From: an uncultured Cellvibrio sp.
GTDB taxonomy: Bacteria; Pseudomonadota; Gammaproteobacteria; Pseudomonadales; Cellvibrionaceae
NCBI GenBank assembly: GCA_963971905.1
Contig: CAXAVL010000001.1
Coordinates: forward strand, 1 to 57,550
Direction of reading: 5' to 3'
DNA length: 57,550 bases
A program made the position numbers and the translations under genes. Shown piece after piece: positions 20,658 to 29,299 of the stretch (positions are counted from its first letter, which is position 1; every line of letters begins with the position of its first letter). Under the pieces are notes generated by a model. That model made no database searches, was not told the DNA's origin, and saw only the letters and a program-made list of their open reading frames with translations.

Positions 20658-22142
20658 TTACGACAGGGTTTTTAAAAACTCTTGATGAGAGAGAGCGTAC
20701 TGAGCGCCCTGATAAACTGCACTGCGCATTTTATCCATGAGCAACTGCAGCTTTTGCGCATCCTGCACCGCTCCCACATCCCGCGGGTTCAGCCCAAAAC
20801 CATAGAACATACTGACCCAACTCCCTTCCACAAAAGACTCCTGCTCCAAAAGATGGATATCGCCAGTCGCCGTAAAAATTTCAATCTTTTCAGCCAAAGT
20901 TGCGGGAATAGGCATGGCTCGCACCTGCTGCCAAAGAGGCTCCGAGCGCCCGTTGAGCGCGTAATGCAGAATGATGAAGTCGCGAATACGCTCGTATTCC
21001 AAGCGGTTGAGGCGATTGGCCTCGGCTACATGTTTGGCCTGAATTTCAAAATTGACCAGAAAACCGGCCAATTTGTTAATCCCCGTTTGGATAAGGGAAA
21101 TGCTGGTGGACTCCAATGGCTCCAAAAAACCGCTGGACAAGCCAATCGCAACACAGTTTTTATGCCAGAACTCCGTGCGAATCCCCGTGGTAAAACGAAT
21201 CAATCGCGGATCAGTCACTGGCTCGCCGCGCAGATTGGATAGAAGCTCATGGCGCGCCTGATCATGAGTAACGTGTTGGCTGGAATAAACATAACCATTG
21301 CCCGCGCGATGTTGCAGTGGGATATGCCATTGCCAACCCGCGCTGCGGGCAATTGATCGGGTAAAGGGGTCGGGTGCGATATTACTGCGGGTCTGCACGG
21401 CAAGCGCCGAATCGCAGGGCAGCCAATGGCTCCAATCTTCATACGCCACCCCCAACGCCTTCTCAATCAAGAGCGCATTAAAGCCAGAACAGTCGACAAA
21501 TAAATCGCCTTCAACACAAACGCCTGACTCCAACTCCAGCGACTGAATGCAACCACTATCTGGATTGAGATGAACCTGACTGATTTTGCCTTCAACCCGC
21601 TTAACCTGACGCTGTTCAGCATAACCGCGCAGGTATTTGGCAAAGAGCGATGCATCAAAGTGATAGGCATAGTTGTACCAGGCCAAACGACTCGCCGAAT
21701 CAAAACTGGGCTGGGCAAACTTTCCGGCCTTGGCCAGCTGAGTGCACAAGCAAAATTCGTCCAGCTCCGCCCTATAACCCTGCGCCTTTGCCGACCACCA
21801 GCTTTTATAAAACGGGCGATCTTCCAAGTCCACGCCATAGCCAGCAAACGGGTGGAAAAAAGACTGCTCAGGCGCCGCCCAACCCTCGAAGTGAATGCCA
21901 AGCTTAAACGTTGCATTGGTTGCCTTGATGAATTCGCTCTCTTTAACTTCAAGATGCTTGATGAATTGGCGAATGCCGGGCACGGTTGCTTCACCCACCC
22001 CGACTGTGCCGATCAGTTCCGATTCAACCAAGGTGACGCGGATATCGACGCCATCCAACCAACGCGCCAAATAGGCTGCTGTCATCCAACCTGCGGTACC
22101 GCCGCCAGCAATGACAATATGACTAACAGGTGTAGCTTGCAT
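20658..22142 (-). CDS. Tryptophan halogenase-family flavin-dependent enzyme
   Basis: GGGTAG FAD motif, IGTVGVGEAT, ATFKLG (catalytic Lys), WQWHIP (WxWxIP), FLEPLEST; ATG 22142 has a GGAG SD. Confidence 0.93.
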   Translation of the reverse strand: MQATPVSHIVIAGGGTAGWMTAAYLARWLDGVDIRVTLVESELIGTVGVGEATVPGIRQFIKHLEVKESEFIKATNATFKLGIHFEGWAAPEQSFFHPFAGYGVDLEDRPFYKSWWSAKAQGYRAELDEFCLCTQLAKAGKFAQPSFDSASRLAWYNYAYHFDASLFAKYLRGYAEQRQVKRVEGKISQVHLNPDSGCIQSLELESGVCVEGDLFVDCSGFNALLIEKALGVAYEDWSHWLPCDSALAVQTRSNIAPDPFTRSIARSAGWQWHIPLQHRAGNGYVYSSQHVTHDQARHELLSNLRGEPVTDPRLIRFTTGIRTEFWHKNCVAIGLSSGFLEPLESTSISLIQTGINKLAGFLVNFEIQAKHVAEANRLNRLEYERIRDFIILHYALNGRSEPLWQQVRAMPIPATLAEKIEIFTATGDIHLLEQESFVEGSWVSMFYGFGLNPRDVGAVQDAQKLQLLMDKMRSAVYQGAQYALSHQEFLKTLS

Positions 22143-22210
22143 GTATCTCAACTCCGGGCAAATGGCCTGACGACCAACGCCAGCATTATTATCATATTAA
22201 TTCAGAATGG

Positions 22211-22251
22211 ATCTTAAGCAGCTGATTTTATCTGCGCAAGGATTATCACCC
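22211..22251 (-). promoter_or_regulatory. Conserved 41-bp upstream box, copy 2 (before the halogenase gene)
   Basis: ATCTTAAGCAGCTGATTTTATCTGCGCAAGGATTATCACCC; same orientation relative to its minus-strand gene as copy 1. Confidence 0.7.
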
Positions 22252-22274
22252 ATGCAACACATGGAAATTCTAAC

Positions 22275-22289
22275 TGGCACGTCTGTTGC
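22275..22289 (+). promoter_or_regulatory. Sigma54 -24/-12 promoter
   Basis: TGGCAC-GTCTG-TTGC, about 90 nt upstream of ATG 22381. Confidence 0.8.
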
Positions 22290-22380
22290 GATGATTTCTC
22301 CAGCAACTTAACCATTGGTTTTCTAAAGCGCCAAAATGCAGCGAAATGCAGGCGATTTCATGAGAAAAACGGTATAGATA

Positions 22381-23349
22381 ATGGCAACAGGCACCATCAA
22401 AATACACGCACCACTCACAAGTGCACCATCAGGCAGCAAGGGCTCGCAGCAATTCGCCCTGTTTTGCGAACAATACCAGCAACGACTTGATGCACTTACA
22501 CTGGCGAAGCAGCTAATTCACATGATCAAGGCGGTGCAACGCCATCGCGGTATGACCATGGGCACCTTAGGAGGCAATGAACAATTCCGTGAGGAGTTGG
22601 CGCATTTGCAAATCCAATTGGAGCGCCGCCTGCAACTCCTACAGGCCTTTTCGGCGCGCAGCTCCGCCCTGCTTAGCCCACGCGATCAGGAAAACCTGAG
22701 CAACGCCTGGCTCACGATTAGCCGCGATTGGCAGGAAGATGCGGTCATCGACAACTACGAGCTGCACTGCCATCTGATCGAACAATTACTGGCGATGGTG
22801 GCCGCACTGGGGAAACAGCTGGAACAGCCCACCTCACAATCCATCCCGGACATGATTGAAACAGCGGTGATCCACGCCGATGGAATCCACTACCCTAATC
22901 GTTTCAAGTATTTGGAAGTGCTTCATTTTGCAACCCGTTTAATGCCCGCTGTAGCGGAGCAAATCGGCCGCATTCGCGCGCTAGCCACCTATGCTTCGGC
23001 ACTCGGCTATTGCGACAAAGACTTTGCCAGCAAACTGCGCTACGTCATTCAATGCACACGGGTTAACAATGAAAAGCTGCGCCACCAGACCAAGCGCCTT
23101 GAGGGCCTACTCGATAGCGACCTCAGCCTGCTCAGCCAACTCAAAAGTTATGAAATCAAACTGGAGTTTTTGCTCTCAATGGTGGAGAGCGATGTGGTCA
23201 ATCCACACCAAATTAATGCCGATAGTAGCCGCTTGTTCAGCTTGGCTACCGATATTATCGATGTCTATTTGAAGGTAGTAGATGAGGGTGTACAGCTATT
23301 AACTCAGTGGCATGAACAAGATATAGAAGTGTGGGTGCAATCTTATTAA
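22381..23349 (+). CDS. Stand-alone NIT-like (nitrate/nitrite-sensing) domain protein
   Basis: All-helical; LIHMIKAVQRHRGM and AEQIGRIRA resemble the two NIT-domain Arg motifs (LQxERG, ExxGxERA); no transmembrane or output domain visible. Confidence 0.6.
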   Translation: MATGTIKIHAPLTSAPSGSKGSQQFALFCEQYQQRLDALTLAKQLIHMIKAVQRHRGMTMGTLGGNEQFREELAHLQIQLERRLQLLQAFSARSSALLSPRDQENLSNAWLTISRDWQEDAVIDNYELHCHLIEQLLAMVAALGKQLEQPTSQSIPDMIETAVIHADGIHYPNRFKYLEVLHFATRLMPAVAEQIGRIRALATYASALGYCDKDFASKLRYVIQCTRVNNEKLRHQTKRLEGLLDSDLSLLSQLKSYEIKLEFLLSMVESDVVNPHQINADSSRLFSLATDIIDVYLKVVDEGVQLLTQWHEQDIEVWVQSY

Positions 23350-23428
23350 TACCGGGAAAATACTTGCCTCTTAAACCCTGCTCCCTACAATGGGGCTCAT
23401 TTGCCGCCACCATCTAGGGAAGCTACTC

Positions 23429-24484
23429 ATGCGCCACACTTGGCCTAGCTGTTTGCTTTTGTTATCCGCACTGCCCGCCTTTGCCGATACCAACACAGCC
23501 ATCGAAATGACCGATGGCGAATTAAATCATTGCCTGCAAAACTCAGTTGCCAGTGCTGCCGAATCGATGACCGTTGCCGACTTAAAACAGGCTTGTCGGC
23601 TGCTGCATGCGGAAAAAATATCCACTACAGAGATTGAGGAGCAAACGCTAGCGGAGGGACCGCAAACTCCCGTTCTCAGAAAGCGCATGACGCTGGAAGC
23701 TCTCAACCGCTCCAATCGTTTTATGTTGACCCCGCATAAGCGCAATTATTTTTTCCCCGTCAGCTATACCCGCTACCCCAATGTTGCCCCCTATCAGGAT
23801 ACTGACTCCAAATCCCTGAGTGACCTGAGTAAAACCGAAGCCGACTTCCAACTGAGCGTTAAGATTCTTATCCGCGAAGATATTTTTGGCGATAACGGCC
23901 ATCTTTATATGGGCTATACCAATCACTCGCTCTGGCAACTTTATAGCGATATAGATTCGGCACCATTTCGCGAGAGCAACCATCAACCCGAATTGATTTT
24001 AAGTTTCACCAACGATTGGGAAATTTTGGGTTTTCGCAATGCGCTCAACGAAGTCATGCTGAACCACCAATCCAATGGCCAAGGGGGATTGTTATCGCGC
24101 AGCTGGAACCGAGTGATGCTAAATACGGTATTTGAGCGAGGTAATTTCGCATTTTCCCTCACCCCCTGGTATCGCATTCCCGAGCCTGAGCAGGAATATC
24201 CGGGCGACCCGGATGGCGACGACAATCCAGACATTTCTCATTACATGGGGAACTTCGAATTCAACGCAGCTTATCAATACAAGGACAATATTTTTAACGC
24301 CATGCTACGCAATAATTTGGATGGCGATAATAAAGGAGCATTGGAATTAGACTGGAGCTTTCCGATCAGCTCAAATCTGCGCGGACAATTTAAATACTTT
24401 AACGGCTATGGTCATAGCCTGATTGATTACAATACTGATATGGAAATTTTTGCCCTAGGCATTGTGTTTACGGATTTGTTCTAG
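23429..24484 (+). CDS. pldA: Outer-membrane phospholipase A (OMPLA)
   Basis: Catalytic HQSNG...SRSWNR, FQLSVK, PFRESNHQPE, DNPDI, GYGHSLIDYN, C-terminal Phe; signal peptide from ATG 23429. Confidence 0.92.
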   Translation: MRHTWPSCLLLLSALPAFADTNTAIEMTDGELNHCLQNSVASAAESMTVADLKQACRLLHAEKISTTEIEEQTLAEGPQTPVLRKRMTLEALNRSNRFMLTPHKRNYFFPVSYTRYPNVAPYQDTDSKSLSDLSKTEADFQLSVKILIREDIFGDNGHLYMGYTNHSLWQLYSDIDSAPFRESNHQPELILSFTNDWEILGFRNALNEVMLNHQSNGQGGLLSRSWNRVMLNTVFERGNFAFSLTPWYRIPEPEQEYPGDPDGDDNPDISHYMGNFEFNAAYQYKDNIFNAMLRNNLDGDNKGALELDWSFPISSNLRGQFKYFNGYGHSLIDYNTDMEIFALGIVFTDLF

Positions 24485-24518
24485 TTATGCAAATGCAAGC
24501 GATGGATGCACGAAGTTG

Positions 24519-24881
24519 TTAATAAGCTTCGCCAAGTAAATCCACCAAAGCGCGGATAGACTCAGCTGCCTGAGGCGAGGCGTCGATGATAGAAAAACCA
24601 ATCCAGTGCTTGCCCGACAGATCAGCATCCCGCGCCCAAAGGCAATCGGCGCCCAACTGGATTACCATCTGCCCATTGACCGGCTCAGGCACGTGCAAAT
24701 CAAGGGTATAAAGATGATCCTCCTCGACTGCCACATCACCCACAATCATCAACCCCTGAGTGTGGATATTGACCAAGCGACCAATGTATTGGTCGCGCAA
24801 ATTGTCGTACACATCGACATCGCCATTGATTGTATGGCGCTCCAACTCCCTGTCATGTTCACGCGAGCAGTTGTGAGTCAT
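24519..24881 (-). CDS. PilZ-domain protein
   Basis: RxxxR motifs (REHDRELER) and an NIHTQG variant of D/NxSxxG; start overlaps the upstream stop (ATGA). Confidence 0.8.
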   Translation of the reverse strand: MTHNCSREHDRELERHTINGDVDVYDNLRDQYIGRLVNIHTQGLMIVGDVAVEEDHLYTLDLHVPEPVNGQMVIQLGADCLWARDADLSGKHWIGFSIIDASPQAAESIRALVDLLGEAY

Positions 24882-27337
24882 GATGCTTTACCGGTTTTAA
24901 GGTGATCGGCTCGTTCGTTAAGGGTGTGATAAATATTTTCCAGTGCGCGTTCAAAAAACGGCTTGGTGCTACCGGCGATAATCCGCGCGCGGCCAGCGAG
25001 CATATCGCGCGCCAATTGCAGGCCTGCCGCGAGTGACACTTTACGCCCCTGCTGATCCACCAACATATAGTGTTGTGTCTTTTTGTTATACCAGGCCACC
25101 TTCAAGCGTTTACCGCCCTCAAATTCAAACCAAGTACCAAACTCGACCATTTTCAGACTATCGACAATTTTGGCTTCTTCGGGCAGTACCGGTTGCAAAT
25201 GCGCAACTGCATGTCCGGCTTTTTCTGCCGCCAAAGACTCCAACTTGGTCCGCATAGGAGCAGGAGCAGGTTCCGCTTTGCGGCTTAAAAGCGCCATTCG
25301 CTGAAGTGAGATGACTGCATCAAGCAGTTTTCGACCTTTCGCCTGCTCGTATCCAATCGTTTCAAAACCACGTTCAATCGCGGTTAGCAATGAATCCTGC
25401 AATTCCATCTGCTTGGTTTTATCTTGCGGATTGGTTTTGGGTTCCAACGTCCAAAGAAGATCATCAATCACTTGCAGCGCGCGGGTCCAGCTATCGGATT
25501 TATCGCCGTAACGCAGCAACACAAAAGAGAGATAGTCCGACCATGGCTGCAACAGCAGCAGCAAGATAGCCGAGGGCATATCGCGCTCATCGGTGCGATT
25601 GCGCACCTCGTTGTTTACCTGAATTTTAGCTTCACGCAGTTTTTCTTCGCCTTGGGCTTTCTCCAGCGCGCGGCGCTCCATTAATTCCTGACGACGCGCC
25701 ACATTGAGTGTATAGGCATTAAACTCAATTAATAACTCGGCAAAGATACGCACGTCATTTTTAAATTCTTGCAGCAAGCGGAACACGGTTGTTTTGATCT
25801 TGGTGAAAATATCGTATTGATCGCTGCCATCGTTACTGACCCAGCGCACACCAGCCTCGGCAAGACTGTTAAGCAACACACGAGCCGGGTGCTCAGGTTG
25901 CTCGAAAAATCCTTTATCGATAAACGCAATTTTCAGGAAAGGCGTATGTAAATAACTTAACAGCGCCTTGACGGAATCGGGCAAGTGATCGTCTGACAGC
26001 ATGTACTCAAACAACATACCAACCAAATCGATGGTCTGCATATCGCCCGCTTCTACCGCACCATTTTCATTCTCGCTGGCGATCTGCTCCATCATTTTGC
26101 GCCCAACATCAGCCACCGTTTGCGGTGCAATCGGCACCGGGCCAGACTCATGATGGGCGAGCGCCTGATGGGTTGCGTCAAACGCTTGTGTCTGCATTTG
26201 CTCGAGCACACCCACCAATTGGGTCTGGGTGTAAACCTGCAAATTAGCTGGCGCCGCGGTAGGCACAGCCGGGGTTGCGGGAGCGCGTTCAGGATTAATC
26301 GCAGGGCTATTCGCCGCTTGCGCTGTTGTCATGGTTTGCGGTGTGAAGTTCGCCGCCTGAATTGCAGGCAGGGCCTGGGTAACATGGGTCTGCAACAGGC
26401 GAATCGCATTCAACAAGCTATTTTGGTACTGAACATCATTGGGGTTGAGCGCGCCACTTAATAACTTGTCGCTCGCGCGACGCTGGTGCTGCTGTTGCTC
26501 TTCGGCTTGCTGCTGCTCATCCACCGGCTGATCATTGCGCTCAAACGGATCATCCTCCATCGTTTTCTCTTCTGGCTTGTGCTCAGCGGGTTTATCACTG
26601 GCGGGAACAAAGCGCAGATTGGGCAATAAATTTTGGCGGATCAGGTAATCGTTCAGCTCATCGTAAAGCCCGTCGAGCATGCCGATCACGTCTTGATCGA
26701 ACAGCTTGTAGCCGATAATTTTGGTTTTAACATCGACATCCAAATTGGCGAGCAGCTTGCGCAAGGATTCACAAAACTGTACCGGGCTGGCCGGATTTGC
26801 GCGCTCATCAATTTTTTCGCCGTCATTTAATAGCGCCAAGCGCTGCTGCAATGCCCACAAATGCTCGGCGAAAAAATTATCGGCACGATGGGTAATAGAG
26901 GTGATCGCGATGGTTTCTTCAAGATCGGAATGCTCAACCAACGAGAGAATGTCGCCACTAAAGCGCTCTTCGCCAGTCAGAGTATTGAGAGACTTATTTT
27001 TGAATTTGACGAAGCCGTTGGCCAGGTGCTGGCAGAACTCCTGTTCGGCTGCTTGCTGAACCGCAGCCAGCAAATTTTGGGTTTCATAGAGTGCAATCTG
27101 GTCTTTATTGGATTTGGCCTGCTCGGCAATCTCCAACACCTGTTTGCACCACTGCCGCCAAAAATTAGGGAAAACGCGGTAGGCAAAACCGCGAGTTAAA
27201 TCGCGGCAATGTTTTAAATGTTGAATAACCAGTTGCTCCGACATAGCCACCGCAGAATACGGAGAGGACTTGTTAGATTCAGAGCCAGGTAAGCCTGAGT
27301 TATGCATAATTATTCCGTGTTTTTCCATGAAATTCAT
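24878..27337 (-). CDS. DUF1631-family protein
   Basis: IDLVGMLFEYML, HPARVLLN, GTWFEF...LKVAW...YMLVDQQG...FFERAL; start uncertain among several Mets. Confidence 0.8.
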   Translation of the reverse strand: MNFMEKHGIIMHNSGLPGSESNKSSPYSAVAMSEQLVIQHLKHCRDLTRGFAYRVFPNFWRQWCKQVLEIAEQAKSNKDQIALYETQNLLAAVQQAAEQEFCQHLANGFVKFKNKSLNTLTGEERFSGDILSLVEHSDLEETIAITSITHRADNFFAEHLWALQQRLALLNDGEKIDERANPASPVQFCESLRKLLANLDVDVKTKIIGYKLFDQDVIGMLDGLYDELNDYLIRQNLLPNLRFVPASDKPAEHKPEEKTMEDDPFERNDQPVDEQQQAEEQQQHQRRASDKLLSGALNPNDVQYQNSLLNAIRLLQTHVTQALPAIQAANFTPQTMTTAQAANSPAINPERAPATPAVPTAAPANLQVYTQTQLVGVLEQMQTQAFDATHQALAHHESGPVPIAPQTVADVGRKMMEQIASENENGAVEAGDMQTIDLVGMLFEYMLSDDHLPDSVKALLSYLHTPFLKIAFIDKGFFEQPEHPARVLLNSLAEAGVRWVSNDGSDQYDIFTKIKTTVFRLLQEFKNDVRIFAELLIEFNAYTLNVARRQELMERRALEKAQGEEKLREAKIQVNNEVRNRTDERDMPSAILLLLLQPWSDYLSFVLLRYGDKSDSWTRALQVIDDLLWTLEPKTNPQDKTKQMELQDSLLTAIERGFETIGYEQAKGRKLLDAVISLQRMALLSRKAEPAPAPMRTKLESLAAEKAGHAVAHLQPVLPEEAKIVDSLKMVEFGTWFEFEGGKRLKVAWYNKKTQHYMLVDQQGRKVSLAAGLQLARDMLAGRARIIAGSTKPFFERALENIYHTLNERADHLKTGKAS

Positions 27338-27623
27338 ATTCCCTAGCGCCTTTTATTACCAAGCTGGGTACGCTTCAGCCACGCCTGGAATCAGAGCCTG
27401 CAAACCTAGAGACTAGATGAACGCGTCTTTTGCGTAGGTTGTCCTGAGCGACAATCTTAACAGTTTGTGAGATTTCTTCCAGACAATACGATTACCAGCT
27501 CACAGTTAGATTAAAAATAGCACGATCCACGCAATTCGCCTTAAAGATGTCTACTTAAAGCGACTAAAAGTCTGCAAGACCTTAGCCCCTTAAGATAATC
27601 ACCCAAGCGATGCCATGAGCATA

Positions 27624-27672
27624 CGCACCAAAATGACCAGCCATGCACAGCAATATGCACCACAAAAAAGCA
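27624..27672 (+). promoter_or_regulatory. Tandem NtrC-like enhancer sites
   Basis: CGCACCAAAATGACCAG (27624) and TGCACCACAAAAAAGCA (27656), 32 bp apart, upstream of a sigma54 promoter; partial matches to TGCACC-N5-GGTGCA. Confidence 0.6.
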
Positions 27673-27737
27673 TGGCTGCTTGTGCCGCTATCGCTTATAT
27701 TCACAAAAATGCCAACAAAATCAGCAAATTAAATAAT

Positions 27738-27752
27738 TGGCACTCATATTGC
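27738..27752 (+). promoter_or_regulatory. Sigma54 -24/-12 promoter of the guanidine operon
   Basis: TGGCAC-TCATA-TTGC upstream of the riboswitch. Confidence 0.85.
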
Positions 27753-27832
27753 GATAAATAACCTGTAATAACTGATTCGCACTCTGGGTGGTTTTAGCTA
27801 TTCAACAAGCTGTAAACACAATGTTTTACTAA

Positions 27833-27968
27833 TAGGAGGCTAGGGTTCCGGTCACTTGAAACCATCAAGTTGATGTCTGGTCCGAGAGCTTCCGACCTCC
27901 CAAGGCAGGCACATGGCTAAACGCCGGTAACTGTCTTGAGGTTACACGGCGGGATAAAAGCCCGGGAG
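27833..27968 (+). ncRNA. Guanidine-I (ykkC-yxkD) riboswitch
   Basis: CTAGGGTTCCG...CTGGTCCGAGAG, P1 GGAGGCT/AGCTTCC, long P2, and 3' ACACGGCGGGATAAAAGCCCGGGAG; precedes guanidine carboxylase pathway genes. Confidence 0.93.
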
Positions 27969-28040
27969 ATGGAATGGCTTAATCGCCAGAGTGCTCCCAT
28001 TTGCTTGCGCCGATGTCACCAAAACCGCTGGAGGTTATTC

Positions 28041-29099
28041 ATGTTGCACCAATCCCGCCTTTCAAAGCTATTACTCGCTCTTACACTCTCCTTTTCTGCC
28101 GCTGTCGCCAGTGCCGCCGAGCCCTTTAAAGTCTGCTGGTCTATTTACGTTGGTTGGATGCCCTGGGGCTATGGTGCCGAGCAAAAAATTGTCGATAAAT
28201 GGGCAGAAAAATACGGCATCGAAATTGAAGTGGTGCAAATCAACGATTACGTCGAATCCATTAACCAATATACCGCCGGTCAATTTGATGGCTGTGTGAT
28301 GACTAACATGGATGCCCTCACTATTCCTGCGGCTGGCGGCGTGGATTCAACCGCACTGATCGTGGGCGATTTCTCCAATGGTAATGATGGTGTTGTACTC
28401 AAGGGTGCAAAAACCCTCAAAGAAATCAAAGGTCAGCAAATCAATTTGGTTGAACTCAGCGTGTCGCACTACTTGCTTGCACGTGGATTGGAAACAGTTG
28501 GTCTGAAAGAGTCCGACGTCAAAGTCGTCAACACCTCCGATGCCGATATGGTCGCCGTTTACGGCACCAAAGATGTCACTGCCGTCACCACCTGGAATCC
28601 GCTGCTCAGCGAAATCCTCGCACAACCTAATAGCACCAAAGTATTCGATTCATCACAAATCCCCGGTGAAATTATGGATTTGATGATTGTTAATACCGAA
28701 ACATTAAAAGCCAATCCTGCACTCGGCAAAGCATTAGTCGGCGCTTGGTACGAAATTATGGGCGGGATGAGCGCATCGGACAAAGCCGCTACCGCCGCCA
28801 AAACCGCAATGGCCGTTGCATCCGGTACTGACCTCGCCGGTTTTGAAGCGCAGCTCGCCAGCACCAAAATGTTTTACACCCCCGCCGCCGCACTGGAGCT
28901 CATCAACAGCGATGCATTATTAAAAACCATGCAAAAAGTAGCCGAGTTTTCCTTTGATCACGGTTTGCTTGGTGATGGCGCACCCGATGCAGGATTTATC
29001 GGTGTAGCAGGCCCCAAAGGTGTGTATGGCGATAAGAAAAACGTAAAGCTTCGTTTTGATCCGACCTATATGCAAATGGCGGCAGATAAAAAACTTTAA
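28041..29099 (+). CDS. ABC transporter substrate-binding protein (urea carboxylase-associated, probably guanidine-binding)
   Basis: Signal peptide; WSIYVGWMPW, DYVESINQYTAG, GDFSNGNDG, LVELSVSHYLL; GGAGG SD before ATG 28041 (the track's longer start lies inside the riboswitch). Confidence 0.92.
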   Translation: MLHQSRLSKLLLALTLSFSAAVASAAEPFKVCWSIYVGWMPWGYGAEQKIVDKWAEKYGIEIEVVQINDYVESINQYTAGQFDGCVMTNMDALTIPAAGGVDSTALIVGDFSNGNDGVVLKGAKTLKEIKGQQINLVELSVSHYLLARGLETVGLKESDVKVVNTSDADMVAVYGTKDVTAVTTWNPLLSEILAQPNSTKVFDSSQIPGEIMDLMIVNTETLKANPALGKALVGAWYEIMGGMSASDKAATAAKTAMAVASGTDLAGFEAQLASTKMFYTPAAALELINSDALLKTMQKVAEFSFDHGLLGDGAPDAGFIGVAGPKGVYGDKKNVKLRFDPTYMQMAADKKL

Positions 29100-29103
29100 C
29101 AAC

Positions 29104-29257
29104 TAACCCCCTCCCAGCCTCCCCCTTAAAAAGGGGGAGGAGCTAAAAGCCTCTCCCATTTTTAAGGTGCGGGGTGCCAGGAGTCCCCTTCCCTTGTTAA
29201 AGGGCGGAGTACCAGGAGTCCCCTCCCCTTTTTAAGGGGAGGGGTAGGGGGGGGTTA
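29104..29257. repeat. C/G-rich palindromic repeat cluster: one inverted unit plus three tandem 35-bp units
   Basis: CCTCCCCCTTAAAAAGGGGGAGG near the left end; related units start at 29151, 29186 and 29221, the first two ending CCAGGAGTC; the ends TAACCCCC/GGGGGTTA are inverted. Confidence 0.8.
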
Positions 29258-29299
29258 ATGTAGGAACACAACTAGCAAACCAGTCGGCGATAAAAATTC

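Noticed and set aside
20658-22142. Halogenase as part of a secondary-metabolite cluster such as pyrrolnitrin
   Set aside because: No prnBCD, NRPS/PKS or flavin reductase genes are nearby.
27936-28040. 35-aa N-terminal extension of the binding protein
   Set aside because: It overlaps the riboswitch; the GGAGG SD and signal peptide fit ATG 28041.
29151-29257. 35-bp periodic repeats as a CRISPR array
   Set aside because: Units abut with no unique spacers and are degenerate.
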